From contig NC_015931.1 of assembly GCF_000223395.1 (NCBI RefSeq), forward strand, positions 30,001-62,000: a stretch of DNA of 32,000 nt, given 5' to 3'. The position numbers were made by a program, and so were the translations under genes. This document shows, piece after piece, positions 7,781 through 16,206 of this stretch (position 1 is the first letter of the stretch; each line of letters begins with the position of its first letter). The DNA is from Pyrolobus fumarii 1A (GTDB lineage: Archaea > Thermoproteota > Thermoprotei_A > Sulfolobales > Pyrodictiaceae). The notes below the pieces were generated by a model. It did not search any database and had not been told where the DNA came from. It saw only the letters and a list, made by a program, of their open reading frames with translations.

Positions 7781-9192
7781 GTCACAGCGCCAGCCACGTG
7801 CAGAAACGCGCGGCGCGCCTTCTCCAACACGGTAACGGGCGCAATCGGTGTGAATGGAACAGCGAATACCACCCTGGCCGCCTCACGGACCACCTCAACA
7901 TCGCCGCCAGCCGCGATATACGCCTTAGCTACGAGCATCGCGCGATTGCCAGGCTCTTGGGGGTTGAAGAGGAAACTATAGTAGACGAGCACCGCGAGGT
8001 CCCATGCCCTATGTTTGATGCTGTCACTCTTACGCGCCTGCTCCAGATCAACCATGTAGATCCTATCCCTACCGACTATGAAGTTCGTTGGGTTTGCGTC
8101 ACCCATCACCCAGCCTTCACGGTGCAACTGTGCTAGAAGCATACCAGCCTCGGCGAGCGAAGGGTGCAGCGGGTCCTTGGCGACCAGGTGGTGTAGAGGC
8201 GTACCTTCAATGTACTCGTATGCTGCTTTTAAACCTCTAGGGTCGACTAGCACAGGTTCCGGCACCGGTAGCCCGGCATCTAGCATCGCATTAACCGCGT
8301 CATACTCAGCCTCTAGCCTATCACGTGGCGCGAGTCTATACGGGTATATTGGGAGCGCTATGCCCGCAGCAACAACCCATTTAGCGGTTGCTGGTGTAAG
8401 ATACCGTTTCACTATAACACTCTTGAACTCCCCCCTGTACGCTGTTACTGTGCCGCCAAGCCCCATCTGCACCGTCCTAAGTATCCTCTTGACACCCGTC
8501 ACGGAGTAGAGCTGCTCCTCAAACTCGAGCACCTTGGTACGTAGTCTGCCTCTTCGAAGCTTAACCAGGAGTAGAGGGTCACGTATTAACGGATGGTCTA
8601 CACCACCAGGCCTTACCAGGGGCCATATCCTCGTTAGCCTCACCGCAACAAGCCTCCACCCCCTCCTAATCCTCGCACCGCTGTGCTCACAGAGCTCGAA
8701 CCAAGGACCGCCGGAGCGTTCGCACCCGGCCTCAAGCAGGCTCTGCTCAGCATCCCTAACGACAACTCGTGCATCACTCCTAAGCACATCTATGAGGCTG
8801 GACGGGACCCAGGGGTACAACCTTGAGAGTCTAGAAGCCCTCGCGACAATATGGTATATATGCGCGACTTTGGCGTGAGCCGCAAGACCCCCAAGGAGTT
8901 TACGCAGCCTGGCATGCTCTTCAACAGCTATGCGTGTTAAGTACGCCATCCTAGCCTCTTCTATGACGCTTGGATCACCATCTATCTGCTCGGGCGGTGT
9001 AAGCAACATTGATGCCACAAGCTCCCCGAGTATACTGGCCTCCGCGTCACCCACAAGCTCGTCTACACGAACAACGTTATACCCTGGGCAGTGTGCCTCA
9101 CACTCGCCTTCACAGACGACATACACGCTAGCGACTCCACGTGGCTTTACAACAGCAACTACGTCACCAGTCACACACTCGGCGTGCGTCAC
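7777..9192 (-). CDS. RIO/Bud32/Kdo-kinase-like domain protein with a ~250-aa N-terminal region of unknown family
   Basis: The C-terminal half has VIVKRY (beta3 Lys), EYIEGTPL (hinge), MGDANPTNFIV (catalytic loop, His replaced by Met) and MVDLEQA (metal-binding Asp, RIO-like D..Q). The N-terminus has the Cys cluster CEGECEAHC. The GTG start overlaps the upstream TGA (GTGA at 9189-9192). Confidence 0.7.
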   Translation of the reverse strand: MTHAECVTGDVVAVVKPRGVASVYVVCEGECEAHCPGYNVVRVDELVGDAEASILGELVASMLLTPPEQIDGDPSVIEEARMAYLTRIAVEEHARLRKLLGGLAAHAKVAHIYHIVARASRLSRLYPWVPSSLIDVLRSDARVVVRDAEQSLLEAGCERSGGPWFELCEHSGARIRRGWRLVAVRLTRIWPLVRPGGVDHPLIRDPLLLVKLRRGRLRTKVLEFEEQLYSVTGVKRILRTVQMGLGGTVTAYRGEFKSVIVKRYLTPATAKWVVAAGIALPIYPYRLAPRDRLEAEYDAVNAMLDAGLPVPEPVLVDPRGLKAAYEYIEGTPLHHLVAKDPLHPSLAEAGMLLAQLHREGWVMGDANPTNFIVGRDRIYMVDLEQARKSDSIKHRAWDLAVLVYYSFLFNPQEPGNRAMLVAKAYIAAGGDVEVVREAARVVFAVPFTPIAPVTVLEKARRAFLHVAGAVT

Positions 9193-9923
9193 TTGCTTCT
9201 CCCAGCGTTGACCAGTGTACCTAGGAGCTCCTCTAACAAGCTACGCCGCTCACCGGACTCGAAGCCAAGTATATCGCTCTCGGTGTCTACGTCCGCCCAG
9301 AGGCACCCCGTTACATCAACCACACTGATGCGGCCGCCTCTCTGCGAGTAGAGGGTCCACAATTCATTCATCGTCAGGTCTGTCCGGTGACCGAAATATG
9401 CTAGCATCCCTCTCCAATCACGCACAAGGAACACACCCGTATCGACATAGTCATAGTCTTCAAGCTTCTTGCTGAATACTGTTGGCGGCCCCACGCGTAT
9501 CTTTGTAGCCTCGTCGATATCCACTAGCGTTGGCTTACGGTCTCCCGCTACACACACACCAGCGTCCTCAGGGCATCCTGCTACAAGCCTCTCAACTAGA
9601 CACGGATGGTAGATGTGGTCGGCAACACTGAGTAGAGTCTCGCTACGCACACTCGACAAGCCCACCAACAGACTATAGCCATTCTCACAGTAGGGGCAGA
9701 AGCTAGCCACGAGGTTCACATCCCACCCGTTCTCACGTAGTATCGCTCTAGTTTCTTCAACATACGCATTCTGAACCACTAGCGTAGGCTCAACGCGGCC
9801 AAGAGCCGCACTTACGCTCGATAGGGGATAGTGAACGAGAGGCCTACCCCATAACCTAGCCAGGTGTTTCGGCCCTCTTCGTAGCCTCGTACCCATACCA
9901 GCCGCTACGATGAGGAGCTTCAT
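9189..9923 (-). CDS. NTP-transferase; likely CTP:L-myo-inositol-1-phosphate cytidylyltransferase (IPCT)
   Basis: The N-terminal nucleotidylyltransferase loop is MKLLIVAAGMGTRLR. An ATGA overlap (9920-9923) joins it to the upstream CDP-alcohol transferase gene. Confidence 0.7.
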   Translation of the reverse strand: MKLLIVAAGMGTRLRRGPKHLARLWGRPLVHYPLSSVSAALGRVEPTLVVQNAYVEETRAILRENGWDVNLVASFCPYCENGYSLLVGLSSVRSETLLSVADHIYHPCLVERLVAGCPEDAGVCVAGDRKPTLVDIDEATKIRVGPPTVFSKKLEDYDYVDTGVFLVRDWRGMLAYFGHRTDLTMNELWTLYSQRGGRISVVDVTGCLWADVDTESDILGFESGERRSLLEELLGTLVNAGRSK

Positions 9924-10597
9924 CCTATCTCACCCCGTCTCCAGAGTAGCCAGAGTTCAACAGTTTTCGCTACTACGTAGGCATAGGAGGCAATGGACGT
10001 AAAAATTAGCACCGCGAGTAGCGCATGCCAGCCCATCGGCGGGACTGCTACGGACCCCACAGCCAACAGGAAGAGGCGGACATCTCGAGAAGCCCATGGC
10101 CGTATCTTGCCTAGTAGCTGTATACTAGTCCCTATGCTAGCCTCTCCACGTGCATGTACATAGCTAACCATTATGTCACCCGACACTATCAGCGTCGCCA
10201 GAAGTGTCGCGACGCCACGCGGTATACCAAGAGCCTCTACTACAGCGTATGTTGCAAGACCGAATGACACGATGTCAACTATTCTATCTGTCACCGCGTC
10301 AAGATATGCGCCAAAGCGACTCTTTCTATTAAGCAGCCTCGCTATCTCACCATCCACACCATCGAGGATGGATGCCAGCTGCACGAGGAGCCCCGCTATC
10401 GCTGCCATCACCGGATCTACCGCTAGGTATGGGAGGGCAGCCAGGACGCCAAACACCCCCGTCGCTATCGTCACTGCATTCGGGTTACTCACGCCAAGCT
10501 TCACGAGTATTCTGGTGACCCTCCACGACACCCTCCTGTTGATGAGCCTCGAAACCGGGCCGTCAGTAGGCTTCGCGACTTTTGCAGCCTGGCTCAA
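9920..10597 (-). CDS. CDP-alcohol phosphatidyltransferase family; likely di-myo-inositol-phosphate-phosphate synthase (DIPPS)
   Basis: It carries the signature DGVDGEIARLLNRKSRFGAYLDAVTDR (D-x2-DG-x2-AR-x8-G-x3-D-x3-D) and several TM helices. TTG start. Confidence 0.75.
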   Translation of the reverse strand: MSQAAKVAKPTDGPVSRLINRRVSWRVTRILVKLGVSNPNAVTIATGVFGVLAALPYLAVDPVMAAIAGLLVQLASILDGVDGEIARLLNRKSRFGAYLDAVTDRIVDIVSFGLATYAVVEALGIPRGVATLLATLIVSGDIMVSYVHARGEASIGTSIQLLGKIRPWASRDVRLFLLAVGSVAVPPMGWHALLAVLIFTSIASYAYVVAKTVELWLLWRRGEIG

Positions 10598-10754
10598 GTC
10601 ACCCGCCCTCGTTGCGTCGCAGAGAATTAGCCAGCGTTTTTGAATACCGCGCGACCGCAGCGTCCTTGCACTAGTTGTCTTCGAAAGTTAGGTCTAAAGG
10701 CCTCCGTGGTGCAGATGCTTACATTGAGGTTGGGGTTAGCCCGGGTGTGTACAT

Positions 10755-11174
10755 ATGCAGCGCGTAATAGACTATGGCTTTCTACGCAATCTTGACGAGT
10801 GGGTTAGGATGCAGAAGAAGGTGCTAGAGACGTTCCAGAAGGTCGAGAAGGATGTCGAGGAGGGCGACAGGCTACAGCTGATACTAGCCACTAGGGCAGC
10901 GTTCCAGCACATGATGAGGACCATCAAGGCATTCGACCATTGGCTGCAAGACCCTGTCATCATTAGCCACATAACAAGGGAGATGCTAATCGAGGTCTGG
11001 CAGGTGATGTACAAGGTACTTACAGAGCTTCTCGAGATAGACATCAAGCATACCAGCGAGATGCGCCAGTTGCTCGAGAAGCTGGCACGCGAAGGTAAGC
11101 TGAACCCGCTAGCCGCGGCCGTCAAGAGCGAAGAGGAGGAAGAACAGAGGAGGCCACCAACGCTATCAGTCTAA
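10755..11174 (+). CDS. conserved-looking hypothetical helical protein (139 aa)
   Basis: ATG start. The protein is helical and charged with an acidic tail (SEEEEEQRRPP). No family is assigned with confidence. Confidence 0.6.
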   Translation: MQRVIDYGFLRNLDEWVRMQKKVLETFQKVEKDVEEGDRLQLILATRAAFQHMMRTIKAFDHWLQDPVIISHITREMLIEVWQVMYKVLTELLEIDIKHTSEMRQLLEKLAREGKLNPLAAAVKSEEEEEQRRPPTLSV

Positions 11175-12236
11175 GGGGCTTAGCTCTAGCCCCTTCTCCT
11201 CCAACTTTCTCTTCAACACCTCCACGAGTGTAGTCAACGCCTTCTCTAGTGTAGCCTTACCCGCCGCGCCTGCAGCTTGAGAGTGCCCGCCGCCGCTACC
11301 TCCTAGCATTTTCCCCACTTCCTCCATTATCTCTCCCAATGCCAGCCCCGTGCCCTCAACGAAGCTCTTCAAAGCCCTGCCGACAACCCTTGCACGACCG
11401 TCACGCACAGATACTATGAACGCGGCGTCGGCCCCCAGGTCCAGTATGGCCCGCGCCGCCGAAGCCTCAAAGGCCTTCACGTGGCTAACCCCAATGAGTA
11501 GGTTGTTGCTCGTCTTGTATACCTGTAGACGCTGCGCCGCCTTAAGACGCGCAACTCTCTCAGAGTAATCCATCGGTGGTGACTGTAGAGCCTTAAGCAC
11601 ACGCTCTAGGCTAGCACCAAGCTCCATGAGGTCTGCTGCAACGCGAAGTGTACGCGGAGCGGAGTGGCGGAGATGCTTGGTATCATAGACTATACCCGCC
11701 AGCAGCAGGGCAGCCATACGCTCGTCAATCTTCACACTCCACTCGCGCAGCACAAGATACACTAGTTCGGCTGTAGCCTTGGCACCCGGGTCGCATATAG
11801 AGACCAGCGCACCCTCAGTCATCAAACTCTTCTCATGATGATCTATCACTATGTAGTCAACGTTCTTTACAAACTCGGCGAGATCCCCCAGGTGCTCGAA
11901 ACTGGCCGTGTCTAGCACTATAGCGAGCCCGGACTCCTCTGGGCTTTCATCCTCAAAGTCGGCGGGCTCGATGCCGAGAAGCTCGCGCACCACCCTCTTA
12001 GAAGCCTGGTTCATACCCTCGGGTAGGAGGAGCCTCGCGTCCACACCTAGGCTCCTTAGCGCCTCGCGTATGGCATAAGCCGAGCCCACGGCATCCGGGT
12101 CGGCATTCTTATGGGCCGTTACTACTACCGGCGTCTCAGTCTCCAGTATCTCCCGGAGCGCCCTCCGAGCCTTCTCTCTCAGCTCCTCCTCTGAGAGCAC
12201 GTAGACGCTCCTCAAGCCACCTACCCGCCTCCTCAA
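11166..12236 (-). CDS. DHH/DHHA1 phosphoesterase, NrnA-like (nanoRNase/pAp phosphatase type)
   Basis: Motifs seen are TAHKNADPDAVGSAYA, VIDHHE and GGGHSQAAGA. TTG start at 12236, with an alternative GTG at 12200. Either start overlaps the upstream ORF. Confidence 0.85.
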   Translation of the reverse strand: MRRRVGGLRSVYVLSEEELREKARRALREILETETPVVVTAHKNADPDAVGSAYAIREALRSLGVDARLLLPEGMNQASKRVVRELLGIEPADFEDESPEESGLAIVLDTASFEHLGDLAEFVKNVDYIVIDHHEKSLMTEGALVSICDPGAKATAELVYLVLREWSVKIDERMAALLLAGIVYDTKHLRHSAPRTLRVAADLMELGASLERVLKALQSPPMDYSERVARLKAAQRLQVYKTSNNLLIGVSHVKAFEASAARAILDLGADAAFIVSVRDGRARVVGRALKSFVEGTGLALGEIMEEVGKMLGGSGGGHSQAAGAAGKATLEKALTTLVEVLKRKLEEKGLELSPLD

Positions 12237-12504
12237 TAGCCTCTGCTATAACCTCCTCGTAGGAGATAGGACCGATAGCCTTTCCCACAACGCGAACATC
12301 TACCAGAACGTCTAGTTCGTCGCCCTTGTACTCTCCCCGCACGATTATTTCGAATTCGTCAACCCTCCTGCGTAGCTTGCGCCGCAGGTAACTCCTAATC
12401 CTCTCTTCAACACCTGCCATCAACTCCGCGAGTATATCCTCATTCAACTTTATGCGTTCCAGCCCAACATTGATGACACGGGGCAAGTAGTCCTCACCTC
12501 TCAC
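12136..12504 (-). CDS. hypothetical small protein (122 aa), possibly DUF3194-like
   Basis: The ORF is chained by a 4-nt overlap to the upstream 70-aa ORF. The sequence reads ..RRRVDEFEIIVRGEYKGDELDVLVDVRVVGK.. The family name is tentative. Confidence 0.55.
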   Translation of the reverse strand: MRGEDYLPRVINVGLERIKLNEDILAELMAGVEERIRSYLRRKLRRRVDEFEIIVRGEYKGDELDVLVDVRVVGKAIGPISYEEVIAEAIEEAGRWLEERLRALRGGAEREGSEGAPGDTGD

Positions 12505-12713
12505 CTTCCCCGCATGAAGAAAGCCGCTATTACCGCAACAAAACCTGGCATAACCAAACTGATAGATTCTAGTATACCACCCTTTACGAGCAGGGCGTGC
12601 GACACGAGGACAACAAGGGGAATGTTAAGAGCATAAGCTACGAGTATTGCGATTACTGCCGCGCGAACAACTTGCACTAAAATAGGGCGTAGACGGGCGA
12701 GGATGGGCCTCAC
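12501..12713 (-). CDS. small membrane protein (70 aa, two predicted TM helices)
   Basis: It has hydrophobic stretches AAVIAILVAYALNIPLVVLV and ISLVMPGFVAVIAAFF. Both ends have 4-nt overlaps with neighbouring genes (12710-12713 and 12501-12504). Confidence 0.5.
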   Translation of the reverse strand: MRPILARLRPILVQVVRAAVIAILVAYALNIPLVVLVSHALLVKGGILESISLVMPGFVAVIAAFFMRGR

Positions 12714-13105
12714 CCGCCACCCTTCTTCCCGAGCTGCTCTGGCTTAACACTAGTGCCCGCCTGGAGCCTCACTTGATACTCACGTATCTCGCGTAGAAGC
12801 TGCTCAAGCCTCTTCCGCAGCTCGTTCTCCTGCTTCCTTAGCTTCTCAAGCCTAATGTCGATAAGCTCGAGCCTGTCTTTCAACTCGTTGGCAACCTTCT
12901 CCTTCGACACCCTCACGAGTATCCCGCCAACGCTACGATAAACCTCGTTCTCCTGCACCTCCTCGAGCAACTTCAAGACCCTCTCTATCTCGCTCTTCTC
13001 ACTCTCGAGCGCAACCCTCTCCTGCACGACTCTGTTGAGCTGCTCTTGGAGCCTCTGAGCCTCTGCTACCTTACTCTCAAGCTCGGGTGGAAGCCTCTGA
13101 GCCAC
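12710..13105 (-). CDS. pfdB: prefoldin subunit beta
   Basis: It shows the coiled-coil / beta-hairpin / coiled-coil layout. The sequence QRLQEQLNRVVQERVALESEKSEIERVLKLLE..VYRSVGGILVRVSKE..LEKLRKQENELRKRL is typical of archaeal GimC beta. Confidence 0.85.
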   Translation of the reverse strand: MAQRLPPELESKVAEAQRLQEQLNRVVQERVALESEKSEIERVLKLLEEVQENEVYRSVGGILVRVSKEKVANELKDRLELIDIRLEKLRKQENELRKRLEQLLREIREYQVRLQAGTSVKPEQLGKKGGG

Positions 13106-13129
13106 GAGCTACACCCCAGCCGCTCACGT

Positions 13130-13696
13130 CTACCGCCGGCTTAATCCTTCCCGCTCGAGCAGAAGCTCCAGGTAGGACTTCGTAGTCGTCGGCACTTCCT
13201 CCAGGCCAAGGAGGCGTATGGCTTCACCAACAGCCTCTTCTCCACCATCAATAGCCTCTATCTCAGCGAAGCAGCCCAGACCCTCTACCTCATCAAGCGT
13301 CACCTTAACACGGCCTAAGCGATAGTAGCGCCTCTTCTTCCGTATAACCGCAACAGGCTTGAAACCAAGAGCTTCAAGCAACGCACGAACATTGCTAGCG
13401 CTGTCTACCTGCACTGTAATCTCGCGCCTAGCCTTGTAGACGCCACCCTCCTTGGGACCCTTGTACGTGAGTTCTACTCGTTCCTTCACCACCCTTACGC
13501 GTAGGGCTTCATCCGTCTTTGCAAAGTCCCTACATGGATGCTGGAAGTACACATCCTCCTCGATATACTCACCCTCATAGACGCCACCCATCCTCTTGAC
13601 ACGCTCCTCTATAGCAGCCAGCATGATACAATCGCCAAGCACGAGCTTCGCCTCAACCTCCCGCAAACGCTCCACCGGAGCGGTACAGACTAACAC
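13130..13696 (-). CDS. CYTH-domain protein (class IV adenylate cyclase / triphosphate tunnel metalloenzyme family)
   Basis: It has the N-terminal ExExK motif (REVEAKL), then ALRVR, ELTYKGP, VTLDEV and FAEIE strands. The likely true start is GTG 13675 (M-ERLREVEAKL). Confidence 0.75.
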   Translation of the reverse strand: MLVCTAPVERLREVEAKLVLGDCIMLAAIEERVKRMGGVYEGEYIEEDVYFQHPCRDFAKTDEALRVRVVKERVELTYKGPKEGGVYKARREITVQVDSASNVRALLEALGFKPVAVIRKKRRYYRLGRVKVTLDEVEGLGCFAEIEAIDGGEEAVGEAIRLLGLEEVPTTTKSYLELLLEREGLSRR

Positions 13697-13739
13697 CCGG
13701 GTTTGAGGCTGGCCACGCCGGGCGGGGTGTAATCAGGAA

Positions 13740-15287
13740 TTGGCTGGCAGCGAGATTGCACTCGTAGCAGTATATGTCGGTCTCGTGCTGCTTGTCGCTA
13801 AACTCTTCGAGGATATCGTGAGGAGAGCCAGGCTGCCAGGCTTCATCGGCGCTATTATCGCCGGCTACATACTAGGCCCCGGCGGCCTGAACATCATACA
13901 CAAGGAGCATGTCGAGGCCATGGGTCTGCTTCTAGTCGTGGGTATAGACTTTCTACTGTTCCTCGCAGGCGCTGAAGAGCTAAGCAGGATGAGGGGCGGC
14001 TTACGTCCACGCGAGTTGAGCGTAGCTACCGTCCTCATGCTCTCAACTACAGCCGCTACTGCCGTAGTAGCCCACCTCCTCTACCGCGAACACCTGGATT
14101 GGAGCACATCGCTAGCCTTTGGCATCGTCATGGCAATTGTGAGCCTCGGGCCATTAACACGCGCGTTGATAGACTCGGGGTTGATAGCCACGAATGCTGG
14201 CTTGACGGTAACGCGCATCGGCTTAATAGCTGAGGTCGGCGGCATACTCGCGTTCAACGCCGTCTATGCGGGCAAGATATTCCCGAACGCCATTACAACA
14301 CCACTCTTCTTCATAGCGGTCTACCTCTTCGGGCGGCGACTGCTAACCCGCATACTCTACCTGGTCGAGGATGTGATCTCGGCTCGCGAAGCTCCCTTCG
14401 CGATAATAGTCGCGTTGGTCCTCACGGCTAGTTACCTAGCAGAGATAATAGGGTTCAACGCGGCTGTTACTGCACTACTCCTAGGCTTCTTCGCGTCGAC
14501 TTATCTCGAAGAGAGGCCAGCATACGTAGAGAGGCTCAAGGCGTTCACATATGGCTTCCTCGAGCCGCTGTTCTTCGCTGGTATCGGCCTAAAGGTACCA
14601 CAACTAGATCCTTCGAGCATGGCAGCAATGCTCCTCATAACACTAGCTGCCGCCGCTCCCAAGCTGCTTACAGCGTCAGCCGCCGGGCTAATGCCAACTG
14701 GTATAGCCCTCCTGGCGAAGGGTGGCGTTGATGCCGCGCTCCTCTTAACGCTATACGAGACGCCACACGGCAAAGGTAACCTGATACCCGACCAGCTTTA
14801 CACCGCCGGCGTCTTCTCAATGCTACTCTTAAGCACACTCATGGCTCTCGGCCTGCGTAGCATTCAGCCGCCACGCGCAAAGGGCGAGAAAGAGCCTTGG
14901 AGGATGAGGATTGGAGAACTCGGCCTCGGATACGACGTCGTAAGACGCACAGACAACCTATTGACAGTCTCGATGTTCGTAAGTGCTAGCCAAGGCGGCG
15001 CAGTAGTCGTTATAGACGAGGATGGACGCCCCATAGGCTACATCACAGCAGCTGACCTCATCTACATCGCACCATCAGAAATGAGGAGGTTAACGGCGGA
15101 GGAGGTCATGAGGGAGAATGTGCCAATAGTGAAGGTAACTGATAGAGTAACAGAACTACTACGTGAGCATCTCGTGGCAGAGCCGATAGTGGCGGTGGTC
15201 GACGAGGACGGCCACCTCGTAGGCACGCTGAATCCGCACCGTGTGCTCCAGAAGATATACGGGATTAGCGGTAAGCGCGAGCACTAG
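13740..15287 (+). CDS. CPA-type cation:proton antiporter with a C-terminal CBS pair
   Basis: TTG start. About 10-12 TM helices are present, with LPGFIGAIIAGYILGPGGL near the N-terminus. Two CBS-like repeats occur at the C-terminus (..VVIDEDGRPIGYITAADL.. and ..AVVDEDGHLVGTLNPHRV..). Confidence 0.85.
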   Translation: MAGSEIALVAVYVGLVLLVAKLFEDIVRRARLPGFIGAIIAGYILGPGGLNIIHKEHVEAMGLLLVVGIDFLLFLAGAEELSRMRGGLRPRELSVATVLMLSTTAATAVVAHLLYREHLDWSTSLAFGIVMAIVSLGPLTRALIDSGLIATNAGLTVTRIGLIAEVGGILAFNAVYAGKIFPNAITTPLFFIAVYLFGRRLLTRILYLVEDVISAREAPFAIIVALVLTASYLAEIIGFNAAVTALLLGFFASTYLEERPAYVERLKAFTYGFLEPLFFAGIGLKVPQLDPSSMAAMLLITLAAAAPKLLTASAAGLMPTGIALLAKGGVDAALLLTLYETPHGKGNLIPDQLYTAGVFSMLLLSTLMALGLRSIQPPRAKGEKEPWRMRIGELGLGYDVVRRTDNLLTVSMFVSASQGGAVVVIDEDGRPIGYITAADLIYIAPSEMRRLTAEEVMRENVPIVKVTDRVTELLREHLVAEPIVAVVDEDGHLVGTLNPHRVLQKIYGISGKREH

Positions 15288-15897
15288 CACCAACCTTAGA
15301 GGCTATATATTCGACGGGGTCGCGCCAAGGACAACAACCAGTCTTCAGCGCTACGAGATCATCAGTATAGCCCCCAGTAACGTAGAGTATGTCCTCAGTT
15401 ATCTCGTTGCCAAGTTTTCTCCTAAGGTCGTCCCAAGTCATCACATCATAGCCCAGCGATTCTAGCATACGCCTGGATGCTGTGTTATCAGCGCGGAGTG
15501 TCGCCGCGAAAACCTCTGCACCAAGCTCCTCGAGTACCTCCTCACCAGACGCTATTAGTATCTTGCCATACCCGCGACCCTGGAACTCGGGCCTAACACC
15601 AGCATAATGATGCACACCCAACATCAGTTTATCATCACAACATGGCCAGACATAAACCTGGTTAAACCCGACAGGTTCTCCATCCACAAGCAGTACGAGC
15701 GTACGCACCCATCTCCTATCCCACTCCAGCCCAACCTCGACCCAGTAGCCCTCGCTACCGAACAACTCATAAGCTAACTTCCTAACAAAGTCTTTCAGCT
15801 CACCCTCCGCCTCAACGACCTCGAGCCTCATACTACCAACTACCATAGACACGACACGCATCAAACCATAAAGCCGATTTTCACCCCAGCTACCCAC
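15265..15897 (-). CDS. GNAT family N-acetyltransferase
   Basis: The acetyl-CoA motif is VRPEFQGRGYGKILI. The start is uncertain: GTG 15897, or ATG 15861, 15846 or 15831. The 3' end overlaps the antiporter stop region by 23 nt (convergent). Confidence 0.8.
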   Translation of the reverse strand: MGSWGENRLYGLMRVVSMVVGSMRLEVVEAEGELKDFVRKLAYELFGSEGYWVEVGLEWDRRWVRTLVLLVDGEPVGFNQVYVWPCCDDKLMLGVHHYAGVRPEFQGRGYGKILIASGEEVLEELGAEVFAATLRADNTASRRMLESLGYDVMTWDDLRRKLGNEITEDILYVTGGYTDDLVALKTGCCPWRDPVEYIASKVGASARAYR

Positions 15898-16052
15898 ACT
15901 TCACGACTCACAACAGCTTGCAAGACTCTACAGCGATAACTAGGCAAAGCTACTTGGCTTATACTCACACCCATTTCCATTTTATCAGATCCTTTCTGCA
16001 CTCCTTTCCCTATACCATGCTCACCGCGTACCCCATCTTTCGAACAGCAAAG

Positions 16053-16060
16053 CTTATATT
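16053..16060 (+). promoter_or_regulatory. TATA-like box upstream of tRNA-Lys
   Basis: CTTATATT is preceded by the purine-rich GCAAAG and lies about 35 nt upstream of the mature tRNA 5' end. That spacing fits a short leader. Confidence 0.4.
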
Positions 16061-16094
16061 GACTTCTCTGCTGCAGCGTTAGAACACGGGTCGT

Positions 16095-16171
16095 GGGCCG
16101 GTAGCTCAGCCTGGCAGAGCGGCGGGCTCTTAACCCGTAGGTCCCGGGTTCAAATCCCGGCCGGCCCGCCA
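16095..16171 (+). tRNA. tRNA-Lys: tRNA-Lys (anticodon CUU), 77 nt including the encoded CCA, no intron
   Basis: I folded it by hand. Acceptor GGGCCGG/CCGGCCC; D arm GCTC-AGCCTGGCA-GAGC; anticodon arm GCGGG-CTCTTAA-CCCGT (anticodon CTT); variable loop AGGTC; T arm CCGGG-TTCAAAT-CCCGG; discriminator G; CCA at 16169-16171. Confidence 0.95.
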
Positions 16172-16206
16172 CAACCTCCTCCTTCGAAACGGGTCGGGGT
16201 CACACC

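Noticed and set aside
15861-16172. 103-aa minus-strand ORF
   Set aside because: It runs straight through the tRNA-Lys gene and its promoter region, and its composition is implausible. The tRNA explains the region.
15898-16206. tRNA-Lys as a possible integration site for a mobile element
   Set aside because: I could not spot a duplicated tRNA 3' segment elsewhere in the window. There is no integrase, and the flanking genes look like ordinary chromosomal genes.
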